DNA of 64,000 bases from Dehalococcoidia bacterium (GTDB lineage: Bacteria; Chloroflexota; Dehalococcoidia; Lucifugimonadales; UBA1123): assembly GCA_965207355.1 (NCBI GenBank), contig OZ242284.1, forward strand, positions 40,992 through 104,991, read 5' to 3'. Position numbers and translations under genes: made by a program. Positions within the stretch are counted from its first letter, which is position 1. Every line of letters starts with the position of its first letter. Shown in pieces: positions 17,576 through 26,392 of the stretch. Below the pieces are notes generated by a model. That model had not been told where the DNA came from and ran no database searches. It saw only the letters and a list, made by a program, of their open reading frames with translations.

Positions 17576-19539
17576 GTCTTCACCTCCAGTCGGCGCGTGG
17601 TGTCGTTGCCTAATATGTCTATCACCTTCACCACGATGGTATGACCGTCGCCGCTGTCATACTCGTGCCGGGCGTTCAAACGAAGCTGAGACTCCTGCCG
17701 TGTCCGGTAGCTCTGCCACTGGTTGTTAAACGTATCCTCGTGGTAGTCCCAGTCCACCGCCCAGTAGTCAATCCACTGAGACCAGTGCGTGACCTTCTCA
17801 CGAACCTCGCTCGGAACGTCGCCCAGAGGCATCGTGAAGTCTTCCAGAGTCAGCGAAACCTCCCGACGCTTGACCTTCGTCTCCACCGCTAGCGCCGCAA
17901 GCTCGAAGAAGCGAATATCGCCCGCGTCAACCGCTTTCCTGTCCATCACCTCGCGCGGTATTCGCAGAAGGCGAACGCCGACGCCCGCTGTGTCCGCTAT
18001 CCGACGCGCCTCAGTGTCCACCTCCAGCCCGTAGTCCCAACTCAGAATATCCACGCCGCGCGATGTTGGCGCCTCTTTGCCGTTTCCGGCGACACTTGAA
18101 AATTCATCAACGACGTTCTGGATGTCGCCCAGCGCCACCGGTGAATCCACCGCGCCTACGTGAACCAGCCGTCCCGATTTCGCCCCATGCAGCCACTGGT
18201 AGCCGCTCACCGGATTAGCGCGATACATCTGAAGGATGAACTCGCGGTAGGGACGCTCCAAGTCCTCGGACTGCCAAGCCTGCCTCTCGTAACGGCCCAT
18301 GTTCTGAACATGGAATGGTTTGACATCGGGAATATCCAGTAGACGTTTGCGGGAAGTGGATATTGCGAACCGGCCCATGTCGGCAGCAATCCAGCGCCGC
18401 CCCAACTTTTCTGCGACCGCGGCAGTCGTGCCGGACCCGATGAAACAGTCCAGCACCAGATCATCTTTGTTGGATGAGGCTTTCATGATGCGTTCGATTA
18501 AGGCTTCTGGCTTTTGGGTAGGGTAGGTGAGGCGCTCAACAGATGTATTCCCGACTCTATGGACATCGGTCCATAGAGTCTGAGCCTTCTGACCAGGGTT
18601 ATCATCGAGGTAAGTTATTCGACCCCGCATTTTGGCGTTGCCATTACGCGCTAATTCAATTCTACCCTCAGCCAACATCCTCTCAAGGGTGCCTCTGTCA
18701 TAAGCCCATGAACGGGACTGGCTAGGCCTTACTCCTCGCCATTCAAATTGCCGATTGGGAGTTGCACCTGGCGCAGTTAGATCGTCAGTTTTGTAATATC
18801 GCCCTTCCTTGTCTTTGCGATATTCTTTCAATTCAGTCGAAGATAATGTGTGATAGACCTGGTTCCAAACTGCGGACGGGGATTTAACATAGAATAGAAT
18901 GTAATCGACTATTTGCCCGAACTTCTTAGTGACAGCATTGTTGGAACTTTGACGTTTCCATACGATCTCATTTCTGAAGTTCTCGTATCCGAAAATATCG
19001 TCCATCACTGCTTTGGTGTAATGGCTGGTTCTCCAGTCGCAATGAACATAAATGGACCCTGACTCCGAGAGCAGTTCGTGCAGCAGAGTTAGCGTCTCGT
19101 ACATCCACTTGAGATATGTGTCCAGCCCACCTCCCCAAGTATCCCGATAGGCTATCTGCTCTATCAGGTTGGGCTGGTACTCTAGAGTCAGGTTAGAATT
19201 TCGGTTTCTGCCCCTCCCTGTAATATGGTCTGTCTTTGCTGGATGTACTTGAGCTTGGTATTCGAAATTTGCGCCAGTGGCGAATGGTGGATCAATATAG
19301 ATGAGGTTAACCTTACCTGCGAATTTGTCCAGCAGGGACGGGAGCACATACTTCTTGTCGCCCCAGATGAGGCGGTTGCGCCACTCGGAGTCTCCCCGGT
19401 GGGGTGCGGTCAGGGCCATCTGGCGTTCTTGCGCTGACTGGTTGACCGTCTCCACCGTCTGGAACGGCAACGACACACGCGGCGGCCCAACGATCTGCCC
19501 GTTGTCGTCGTACTTGCCTTCCCATATCAATTCCGGCAT
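17572..19539 (-). CDS. mod: Type III DNA methyltransferase, Mod subunit (beta-class N6A/N4C)
   Basis: 655 aa. Motif IV 'LIYIDPPF' precedes motif I 'CFIGSGTTAAVAEKLGRRWIAADM'. The stop overlaps the res start (ATGA at 17572-17575). Confidence 0.9.
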   Translation of the reverse strand: MPELIWEGKYDDNGQIVGPPRVSLPFQTVETVNQSAQERQMALTAPHRGDSEWRNRLIWGDKKYVLPSLLDKFAGKVNLIYIDPPFATGANFEYQAQVHPAKTDHITGRGRNRNSNLTLEYQPNLIEQIAYRDTWGGGLDTYLKWMYETLTLLHELLSESGSIYVHCDWRTSHYTKAVMDDIFGYENFRNEIVWKRQSSNNAVTKKFGQIVDYILFYVKSPSAVWNQVYHTLSSTELKEYRKDKEGRYYKTDDLTAPGATPNRQFEWRGVRPSQSRSWAYDRGTLERMLAEGRIELARNGNAKMRGRITYLDDNPGQKAQTLWTDVHRVGNTSVERLTYPTQKPEALIERIMKASSNKDDLVLDCFIGSGTTAAVAEKLGRRWIAADMGRFAISTSRKRLLDIPDVKPFHVQNMGRYERQAWQSEDLERPYREFILQMYRANPVSGYQWLHGAKSGRLVHVGAVDSPVALGDIQNVVDEFSSVAGNGKEAPTSRGVDILSWDYGLEVDTEARRIADTAGVGVRLLRIPREVMDRKAVDAGDIRFFELAALAVETKVKRREVSLTLEDFTMPLGDVPSEVREKVTHWSQWIDYWAVDWDYHEDTFNNQWQSYRTRQESQLRLNARHEYDSGDGHTIVVKVIDILGNDTTRRLEVKT

Positions 19540-19828
19540 CGGACCTCTCCCTCAAATCTGTCCACGATTAGTTATAACGCACGATTCGCATTTTACACCA
19601 CCCCGATATTTCATACATAGGCGGAGCTAAAGCTGTATTACATGTTTGGCGTGGAGCGATGCAGTGATGCTTGATCCCCTCCCTTCCTCAACACATTCGT
19701 TCTGTGCTACAATTCCACCATCAAAACAAGCCGAACAGACCGAACAGACATAAATTAAAACTTATGGCAAAGGCTCATGGGGCCAAAGAAAAATTTTCCC
19801 CAAAGCTAACGCAGGCGAATCTCTGGTG

Positions 19829-19857
19829 CCTAACAGGTGTTCTAATCACCTGTTAGG
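19829..19857. promoter_or_regulatory. perfect 11-bp inverted repeat (possible operator) upstream of mod
   Basis: 'cctaacaggtg-ttctaat-cacctgttagg'. Further CACCTGTT/CGCCTGT words follow up to 19900. Confidence 0.4.
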
Positions 19858-20074
19858 CGCCTGTCGGTCACCAGTTAAGCCACCTGTTGCCGCCTGTGGC
19901 TTTATAAACGAAAGTATATAACCGAGCGAATCCGTCCAATAGAATGGCCGACTTCGCAAAACCCTGACAGTTCACGAATTTCACATATGAAGGCTCACAA
20001 AGATAGACAAATATGCGATCATCTCAACAGATCCCCTCTCCCTCAGGGCTTACAAGGGTTGGTAAATGTTCAAT

Positions 20075-20154
20075 CAGCTACGAACTCCAGTCAATAGATC
20101 CCCTCTCCCTCAGGGAGAGGGCTAGGGTGAGGGTGAAAACCTACCCCTCTCAGC
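20075..20154 (+). repeat. REP-like element, family A (extended ~80-nt form)
   Basis: 'cagctacgaactccagtcaatagatcccctctccctcagggagagggctagggtgagggtgaaaacctacccctctcagc'. A truncated half copy lies at 20031-20049. Confidence 0.9.
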
Positions 20155-20172
20155 TATATTTAGGAGAAGACA

Positions 20173-21033
20173 ATGACAACACGAACTCCCACGATTGACT
20201 CTCAGGTACACGCCTACGAGCGCGACAGCGCCGAACGCCCCTGGCAGGGCCACCTAACCGGACCGGAGGAGGTAACCGGAGACGACATGGTCGCCGCGAT
20301 GGACGCCGTCGGCGTGGATGGCGCGCTGCTCGTCTCCCCCTACTCCATGTATCGCTTCGACGCCAGCTACGCCCTGGAGGTTTACGCGAAGCACGCCGGC
20401 AAATTCGGCCTGATAAGGCCGTTCGACCCCGAGTCCGACACGATAGAGGACGACATGGCCGAGTGGACCGGAACGCCCGGCGTGGTCGGTGCGCGCATCA
20501 TGCTCAGCTACGGCACTTACACGGCAGACCATCCCGGCCTGAACCGCATACTCGCCGCCGGCGGTCAAGCCGGTGTACCGATAAACGTCATGAGTTCGGG
20601 CCACCTCCCGCTGCTGCGCGAACTCGCCCTGCGGAATTCCGGCACCCGGATAGTCATAGACCACCTCGGAATACCCCAGCCCTTTGAGCCGCCCGTGCCT
20701 CCGGACCCGTTCGCCGACCTGGACAGCGTTGTGGCAATGGCGGAACTGGATAACGTGGTCATCAAGATATCTGGGGCCTGCACGCTGTCGCATGAGCCGT
20801 TCCCGTACCCCGACATCTGGGAGCCCCTGGGCAAGATATTCGAGGCGTTCGGCCTGGAGCGGTGTATGTGGGGCACGGACTGGACGAGGGCGATCAACAT
20901 GCTGAACTACGAACAGGGCGTCGAGTCCTTCCGCGTCACGGATAGCCTCAGCGATTCGGAGCGCGCGACGCTGATGGGCGGAGCCTTATCGAACATCTAC
21001 AACTGGTCCCCGGACGTTGGCTCACAAGGGTAG
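20173..21033 (+). CDS. amidohydrolase-2 family metal-dependent hydrolase
   Basis: 286 aa. 'IDSQVHAY' N-terminal His motif, 'IDHLG', 'WGTDW'. Confidence 0.78.
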   Translation: MTTRTPTIDSQVHAYERDSAERPWQGHLTGPEEVTGDDMVAAMDAVGVDGALLVSPYSMYRFDASYALEVYAKHAGKFGLIRPFDPESDTIEDDMAEWTGTPGVVGARIMLSYGTYTADHPGLNRILAAGGQAGVPINVMSSGHLPLLRELALRNSGTRIVIDHLGIPQPFEPPVPPDPFADLDSVVAMAELDNVVIKISGACTLSHEPFPYPDIWEPLGKIFEAFGLERCMWGTDWTRAINMLNYEQGVESFRVTDSLSDSERATLMGGALSNIYNWSPDVGSQG

Positions 21034-21046
21034 GTGAATTTGCAGC

Positions 21047-21127
21047 CAGCTACGAACTCCGGACGATAGATCCCCTCTCCCTCTGGGAGAGGGCTAGGGT
21101 GAGGGTGAAATACCTCCCTCTCTCAGC
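21047..21127 (+). repeat. REP-like element, family A (extended ~80-nt form)
   Basis: 'cagctacgaactccggacgatagatcccctctccctctgggagagggctagggtgagggtgaaatacctccctctctcagc', a direct repeat of 20075-20154. Confidence 0.9.
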
Positions 21128-21175
21128 CTGAGATTGGCGGGGTATATTCACCCCGGGCACAGCGTAAAGCGACAG

Positions 21176-24091
21176 TCAGGCCAGCGCGTCTGCCAGAACC
21201 TCGACGAGATGGCGCGCGTGCTTGTCCGTGCCTTGCGCAATCTGCTGCCGGCACGAGACGCCCTCGGCGACCACAGTGAAGTCGCCTTCCTGGTTTCGTA
21301 TCGTGGGGAAGAGCGACATCTCACCTATCTGCATCGAAATGTCGTAGTGCTCGGTCTCGTAACCGAAGCTGCCCGCCATTCCGCAGCAGCCGGAGTTGAT
21401 TTCGACCGTCTCGCAGCCCTCAATGGACCGCAGGGCGCTCAGCGCCTGCCCAGTCCCGACTCGCGCCTTCTGGTGGCAGTGGCCGTGGAAGAGAATCTTG
21501 CTCGGCAGCCTGGATCCGTCCAGATCGAGTTCCGCGCCTTGTTCCAGCGCGTGGGCGACGAACTGCTCGACCAGCATCGTGTTCTCGGCTATCTTCTCAG
21601 CTCTGTCCGAGTCGTCGGGAACCAGGTCCGCGTACTCGTCGGCGAAGCTGAGGATGCAGCTCGGTTCGAGTCCGACCAGCTTGGCGCCCGATTCCACATA
21701 TTCATATATGGAGCCGATGTTGTAGCGGGCGTTCTCCTTTGCCTTGTCCAGCATACCCTTCGACATCATAGGTCGGCCGCAGCAGCGGACTTTTGGAAGG
21801 ACGACCTGGTATCCGAGCGCTTCCATGACCTTGACCGCGGCCCTGCCGAGTTCCGGGTGGTTGTAGTTGGTGAAGGTGTCTGGGAACAAAACCACCTGTC
21901 CGAGCCGGTTGGCGGAGTCGGGCGAACCACCTCGCGTCCTGAACCACTGCACGAAAGTCTGGCTGGCGAACGGCGGCAGTTCGCGCCTGCTGTCAATTCC
22001 AACCTGGGTCTCCAGCAAACGCCGTGCCATGGGCAGCTTGTTGGCCCAGTTGGAGAAGGGCGCGAAGAAAGCCCCGAACTTGCTAAACGCGGCTATGTTG
22101 CCGAAGAACTGGTTGCGCAGGGGCAGACCGTTCGTCTTGTGATACTGGTTCAGGAACTCGTACTTGAGCTTCGCCATGTCCACGTTAGACGGGCACTCGG
22201 CGGCGCATCCCTTGCATTCCAGGCACAGATCAAGCACGTCGTACAGCCGCTTGTCTGTGAGCGAGTCCGCGGGAAGCGCCCCTGAGAGTGCGGCCCTGAG
22301 CGCGTTGGCCCTGCCCCGCGTAGAGTGTTCCTCCTCGCGTGTCGCCATGAAGGACGGGCACATCGTGCCGCCGAGCGTCTTGCGACACGCTCCCTGACCG
22401 TTGCACATCTCTATGCCGTGCGCGAAACTTCCCTCCGAACCGAAGCCGAAGCCGGTGTTTAGCTGAATCGGATTGTACTCAGGGCCGATCCGCAGATTCT
22501 CAGTCATCGGCTGGGAGTCAACAATCTTGCCCGGGTTCATTATTCCGTTCGGATCGAACGTCCGCTTGACGTCCCGGAACGCCTCGTAGAGCTGGTCGCC
22601 GAACATCTTACGATTGAACCAACTGCGGACGAGGCCGTCGCCGTGTTCGCCGCTCATAGAGCCACCGTACTCCATCACGAGGTCGCCGACTTCCTCAGCT
22701 ATCGAGACCATGCGGTCCACATCCTCCTGGCTCTTCGGGTTAATTAGTGGGCGAATGTGCAGGCAACCGACGCTGGCGTGTCCGTAGTATCCGGCTTCCG
22801 TGCCGTGCGATGTAACTATCTCATCGAATTTGCGGACGAAGTCAGGCAGGTGTTCCGGCGAGACGGCGGTGTCCTCGACGAAGGGCAGCGGCTTGGCGTC
22901 GCCGGGAACGTTCATCATGAGTCCCAGGCCTGCCTTGCGAACGTCCCATACCTTGTTCTGGTCTTCGGGGCGCAGCATTCTGAGGAATGTGTAGCCCAGA
23001 TTTCTGCCGGAGAATATCGCCCCCAGGTTGACGAGCTTGGATATGACCTCGTCCTGGCTGTCGCCGACGACCTCGATGGCCAGCAGCGCCTCCGGGTCGC
23101 CGTCTATGAAGTCGGTAATGCGCGAGTAGGCCAGATTGGACTTCGCTTGGCGGATTATCATGGAGCCGATGAGCTCGACTGCGGCGGGCTGGAAGTCGAG
23201 CGCGACCACCGTAGCTTCCATGGATTCGAGCAGATCAGCGCAGTGTAGCACGCCGAGCGCGGTGAACTTGGGCCTTGGAACCAGGTTGAGCTTGGCCTCG
23301 GTTATCGTTACCAGTGTGCCTTCGGAGCCTACGACGAAGCGCGCCATATCGAAGCCCATCCCGCCCACGAACTCGTCCAGGTTGTAGCCTGACACTCGCC
23401 GCTGTATCTTGGGATAGCGAGCAATGATCTCGTCGCGGTTGGCCTCTCCGATTTGGAACAAGCCGCGATATATATCACCTTCCAGTCCCTCCCCACGCAT
23501 CCTGGCTTCTAGCTGAGCGCCGTCCAGCCCTCCGAACCGCGTGGGCGTGCCGTCGGAGAGCACGACGTCGAGTTCGCGTACGTTATCCACGGTCTTGCCC
23601 CACATTATCGAGTGCGCCCCGCAGGAGTTGTTTCCAAGCGCGCCGCCCACGTTTCCGCGGTTCGACGTGGAAGGGTCCGGCGCGAACAGCAGGCCGGTGT
23701 CGCGAAGCTCATGGTTCAGAACATCCAGGACTATGCCGGGCTGGGTGCGTACCCAGTGCTCTTCATGGTTGACCTCGATGACGTTGTGCATATACTTGGA
23801 GAAGTCCATGACGATGGAATGACCGACAGTCTGACCGCCGAGGCTGGTGCCGCCTCCCCTGGGTAGGACGGATACGCCGTATTTGTTGGCGGTCTCCACG
23901 ACGGCTATGACGTCCTCTGGGGTGCGTGGAATGACCACTCCTATCGGCTCGATTTCATAGATGCTCGCGTCCGTCGAGTAGAGGACGCGGCTCATCTTGT
24001 CGAACCTCACCTCACCCGATACCAGCTTGTTGAGGTCCTCGACCATTTCCCTGGTATCGGATTCTTTGACCTGGGCTGTCATTCGCTTCAC
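21176..24091 (-). CDS. FAD-binding oxidase fused to Fe-S/CCG domains (YdiJ / GlcD-GlcF fusion type)
   Basis: 971 aa. PCMH FAD domain 'PRGGGTSLGGQ', 4Fe-4S 'CLECKGCAAECP', CCG motifs 'CCGRPM' and 'CCGMAGSFGYE'. Confidence 0.85.
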   Translation of the reverse strand: MKRMTAQVKESDTREMVEDLNKLVSGEVRFDKMSRVLYSTDASIYEIEPIGVVIPRTPEDVIAVVETANKYGVSVLPRGGGTSLGGQTVGHSIVMDFSKYMHNVIEVNHEEHWVRTQPGIVLDVLNHELRDTGLLFAPDPSTSNRGNVGGALGNNSCGAHSIMWGKTVDNVRELDVVLSDGTPTRFGGLDGAQLEARMRGEGLEGDIYRGLFQIGEANRDEIIARYPKIQRRVSGYNLDEFVGGMGFDMARFVVGSEGTLVTITEAKLNLVPRPKFTALGVLHCADLLESMEATVVALDFQPAAVELIGSMIIRQAKSNLAYSRITDFIDGDPEALLAIEVVGDSQDEVISKLVNLGAIFSGRNLGYTFLRMLRPEDQNKVWDVRKAGLGLMMNVPGDAKPLPFVEDTAVSPEHLPDFVRKFDEIVTSHGTEAGYYGHASVGCLHIRPLINPKSQEDVDRMVSIAEEVGDLVMEYGGSMSGEHGDGLVRSWFNRKMFGDQLYEAFRDVKRTFDPNGIMNPGKIVDSQPMTENLRIGPEYNPIQLNTGFGFGSEGSFAHGIEMCNGQGACRKTLGGTMCPSFMATREEEHSTRGRANALRAALSGALPADSLTDKRLYDVLDLCLECKGCAAECPSNVDMAKLKYEFLNQYHKTNGLPLRNQFFGNIAAFSKFGAFFAPFSNWANKLPMARRLLETQVGIDSRRELPPFASQTFVQWFRTRGGSPDSANRLGQVVLFPDTFTNYNHPELGRAAVKVMEALGYQVVLPKVRCCGRPMMSKGMLDKAKENARYNIGSIYEYVESGAKLVGLEPSCILSFADEYADLVPDDSDRAEKIAENTMLVEQFVAHALEQGAELDLDGSRLPSKILFHGHCHQKARVGTGQALSALRSIEGCETVEINSGCCGMAGSFGYETEHYDISMQIGEMSLFPTIRNQEGDFTVVAEGVSCRQQIAQGTDKHARHLVEVLADALA

Positions 24092-24216
24092 CTTGCTAAA
24101 TGGGCTGCGCTTCTGAGCGTCGCTCCATGATACACGAATCGAAACCTGAGTCGAAGAGATACGAAAACGGGGCCACCCCAGGCGACCCCATTCATTGTCG
24201 GATTGTATTGCGGGAT

Positions 24217-25089
24217 TCAGGAAATGCTGATGATCTTGTAAGTAACGTTGCCCCTGGGGGTGTCGGCGACTACTTCATGGCCGGCGGCTCTGCCGAGAAG
24301 AACTTTGCCGAGAGGGGATGCGTCCGAGATCTTGAATTCGAGCGGATTGGCTTCGGACGCGCTCACAACCGTGTATTTAAATTCCCGTTCGGAGGATATA
24401 TCCTGTACCTCGACAACCGTTCCGAGCTTGACGATTTGCGAGCGGGTTGGGTCGTTCTGATCAATGACGACCGCGTTGCCGAGCGTGGACTCAATCTCGC
24501 GTATGCGGGACTCGACTCTTCCGGCCTCTTCTCTGGCCGCCTCTAGAGGAGCGTTCTCGCGCACATCCTTGTCTGCGGCGGCTCTCTGGATCTCCAGGGC
24601 GAGGTGGCTGCGCTGGGACTTGAGATTCTCGAGTTCGTTCATCAACTGCTCGTGTCCTTCGGCGGTCAGTTCGATGAGCTTCTCTTCCTGTACGGCGGCG
24701 CGGGTCTGCCTCACTCGGGTCCTTCTGACTCGTACATGATGGGCGAGGTTGACCTGCTTGCCGTTCTTGTCTTCCGGACCGAGTCCCTTGTTACGCACAA
24801 AGGACAGGAACTTTCTCACTTCTTGCAGCCTCTCCGAGGCTTGCGGTGTCGTTCCTGTCCCTGCGACTCTGTCGGCATATTCGCCTATTACAGAAGGGGG
24901 AATGTCTTTTATTGACCGGCTAGCGCCGCACCAACTTACGAATCGCTGTAACTCCTTTGGGGTTTCGTTCGGGTTGTATCCTTTGCGCTGCCCCGCGTAC
25001 TTTATATACTCGCCAACGGTCTCGAGGATTGTTGTAGTACCTTCGGATCGCAACGAACCATACCCCCAATTCGAAAGTTCACAGTTCAA
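24217..25089 (-). CDS. GreA-family transcript cleavage factor with ~130-aa N-terminal extension
   Basis: 290 aa. C-terminal ~155 aa form a Gre coiled coil ('DKDVRENAPLEAAREE', acidic tip conserved) plus an FKBP-like domain ('ISDASPLGKVLLGRAAGHEV'). The N-terminal extension is unassigned. Confidence 0.75.
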   Translation of the reverse strand: MNCELSNWGYGSLRSEGTTTILETVGEYIKYAGQRKGYNPNETPKELQRFVSWCGASRSIKDIPPSVIGEYADRVAGTGTTPQASERLQEVRKFLSFVRNKGLGPEDKNGKQVNLAHHVRVRRTRVRQTRAAVQEEKLIELTAEGHEQLMNELENLKSQRSHLALEIQRAAADKDVRENAPLEAAREEAGRVESRIREIESTLGNAVVIDQNDPTRSQIVKLGTVVEVQDISSEREFKYTVVSASEANPLEFKISDASPLGKVLLGRAAGHEVVADTPRGNVTYKIISIS

Positions 25090-25218
25090 TGTTACGTAAA
25101 ATCAAAAGGCACTGTCAAACGGGTATGAGGAAGCGTCACATTGGAGGAAGTCGTTCGTCTTGGCCATGAACACATTGGTCGCTCCGGCGGAATCCATAGC
25201 AACGCCGGGACTTTCACT

Positions 25219-25686
25219 CTATCCAATGATAACCGACTTCATGTTTATCCCGTGTTCCTGCTTCTTCGATTCGAGTGTCAGGAACGTCTCCATCTTCTTG
25301 ACGCCTTTGATCCGACCTACGCGAGTCCTGAGAAAGTCACTCAACTGGTCGAAGGACTTTACGGTTGCCCACCCGAATATGTCGAAAGACCCAGTTGTGA
25401 CCGATACCCAGCTAACTTCGTCCATTTCGGAAAGAGCGTCAGCAACATCGTCAACTTTGTCGGCGTCCACCTGGAGACCGATAATGACCTGTGACTCATA
25501 ACCCATCTTTCGCGCATCAGGGACAGCTACTATCTTCATGTAGCCATCCTGCATCAGCCTTTTCAGCCTGCGCCTGACAGTCTCTTCGCTCACCGGAGAC
25601 GGTAGTATTGACCTGGCTATATTCGCATTGGTGGCATTCCCATCTTCCTGTAGGCGAGAAACTATCTGAACGTCGAGTCTATCCAT
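25219..25686 (-). CDS. Lrp/AsnC family transcriptional regulator
   Basis: 155 aa. HTH 'LDVQIVSRLQEDGNATNANIAR' followed by an AsnC-type ligand domain. Confidence 0.85.
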   Translation of the reverse strand: MDRLDVQIVSRLQEDGNATNANIARSILPSPVSEETVRRRLKRLMQDGYMKIVAVPDARKMGYESQVIIGLQVDADKVDDVADALSEMDEVSWVSVTTGSFDIFGWATVKSFDQLSDFLRTRVGRIKGVKKMETFLTLESKKQEHGINMKSVIIG

Positions 25687-26054
25687 TGAATTCCAACCTC
25701 TTTTGTGTGACTGTCGCTCAATATTTCTGCTTTTACATGGTTATAACAATTTTGGAAAATCCCGTCCACAGCGTTGAGGCATGGGGACTGTCCAGAGGCA
25801 CTCCGACCAACATGAGCGCAGAACCATCGGCATTGACATGATAGACTTTCGGCTGCACGCATCCATATCAGGTTCATGAATCTCAATTATACCATAAGTG
25901 TAACAGAAATATAGTAATTTTATTGCACTTCACAAATAAAGTAAAATTGTACTGCATTTCATGATTTTCGGCATACAACCAACACACCGCAGTGCAGTGG
26001 TACTATCCATACGCCAGATGCAGCAAGTACATGAACTCTGAGTAGGAGAAGGCA

Positions 26055-26342
26055 ATGATAGGAGTTATTACCCACCACTGGGCGAAGCCCGATCTGGTCG
26101 GCGAAGCGCGGACGCTTCTCGACGGCAACGGCGAAGCGCAGAGCAGGCACTCCGGATTTTTGAGCAGGCAGACTCTGATTTCCCGGTCGGACCCGACCAA
26201 GATAACGACGCTTGTCGTGTGGGAAAGCAACGAGATCTACGATGGGTGGAGGGCCAGCCCGGAGCGTGAGCGCGCAATGTCGGGAGCAGATGAATTGTGG
26301 TCGCGTCCGGCGGAATCGGAACGCTTCGATATGGTTGATTAG
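26055..26342 (+). CDS. antibiotic-biosynthesis-monooxygenase (ABM) domain protein
   Basis: 95 aa. 'FLSRQTLISRSDPTKITTLVVWESNEIYDGW' matches the ferredoxin-like ABM pattern. Confidence 0.65.
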   Translation: MIGVITHHWAKPDLVGEARTLLDGNGEAQSRHSGFLSRQTLISRSDPTKITTLVVWESNEIYDGWRASPERERAMSGADELWSRPAESERFDMVD

Positions 26343-26392
26343 GTCGAACATCGGCGCTTAGGCACATTGCAAAATCCTGGAGTAATCCGACT

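Noticed and set aside
19540-20172. A controller (C-protein) or integrase gene upstream of mod
   Set aside because: There is no minus-strand ORF of at least 60 aa, and the only listed ORFs (19671-19856 and 20013-20198, both +) are low-complexity or run through REP copies.
841-21127. Possibility that the recurring 40-nt palindromes form a CRISPR array
   Set aside because: The copies are kilobases apart, separated by ordinary genes, irregularly spaced and embedded in longer conserved arms. No cas genes are present. This is REP/MITE-like behaviour, not CRISPR.
21134-22285. 383-aa + strand ORF
   Set aside because: Antisense to the 971-aa FAD/Fe-S oxidase, with no recognisable domain.
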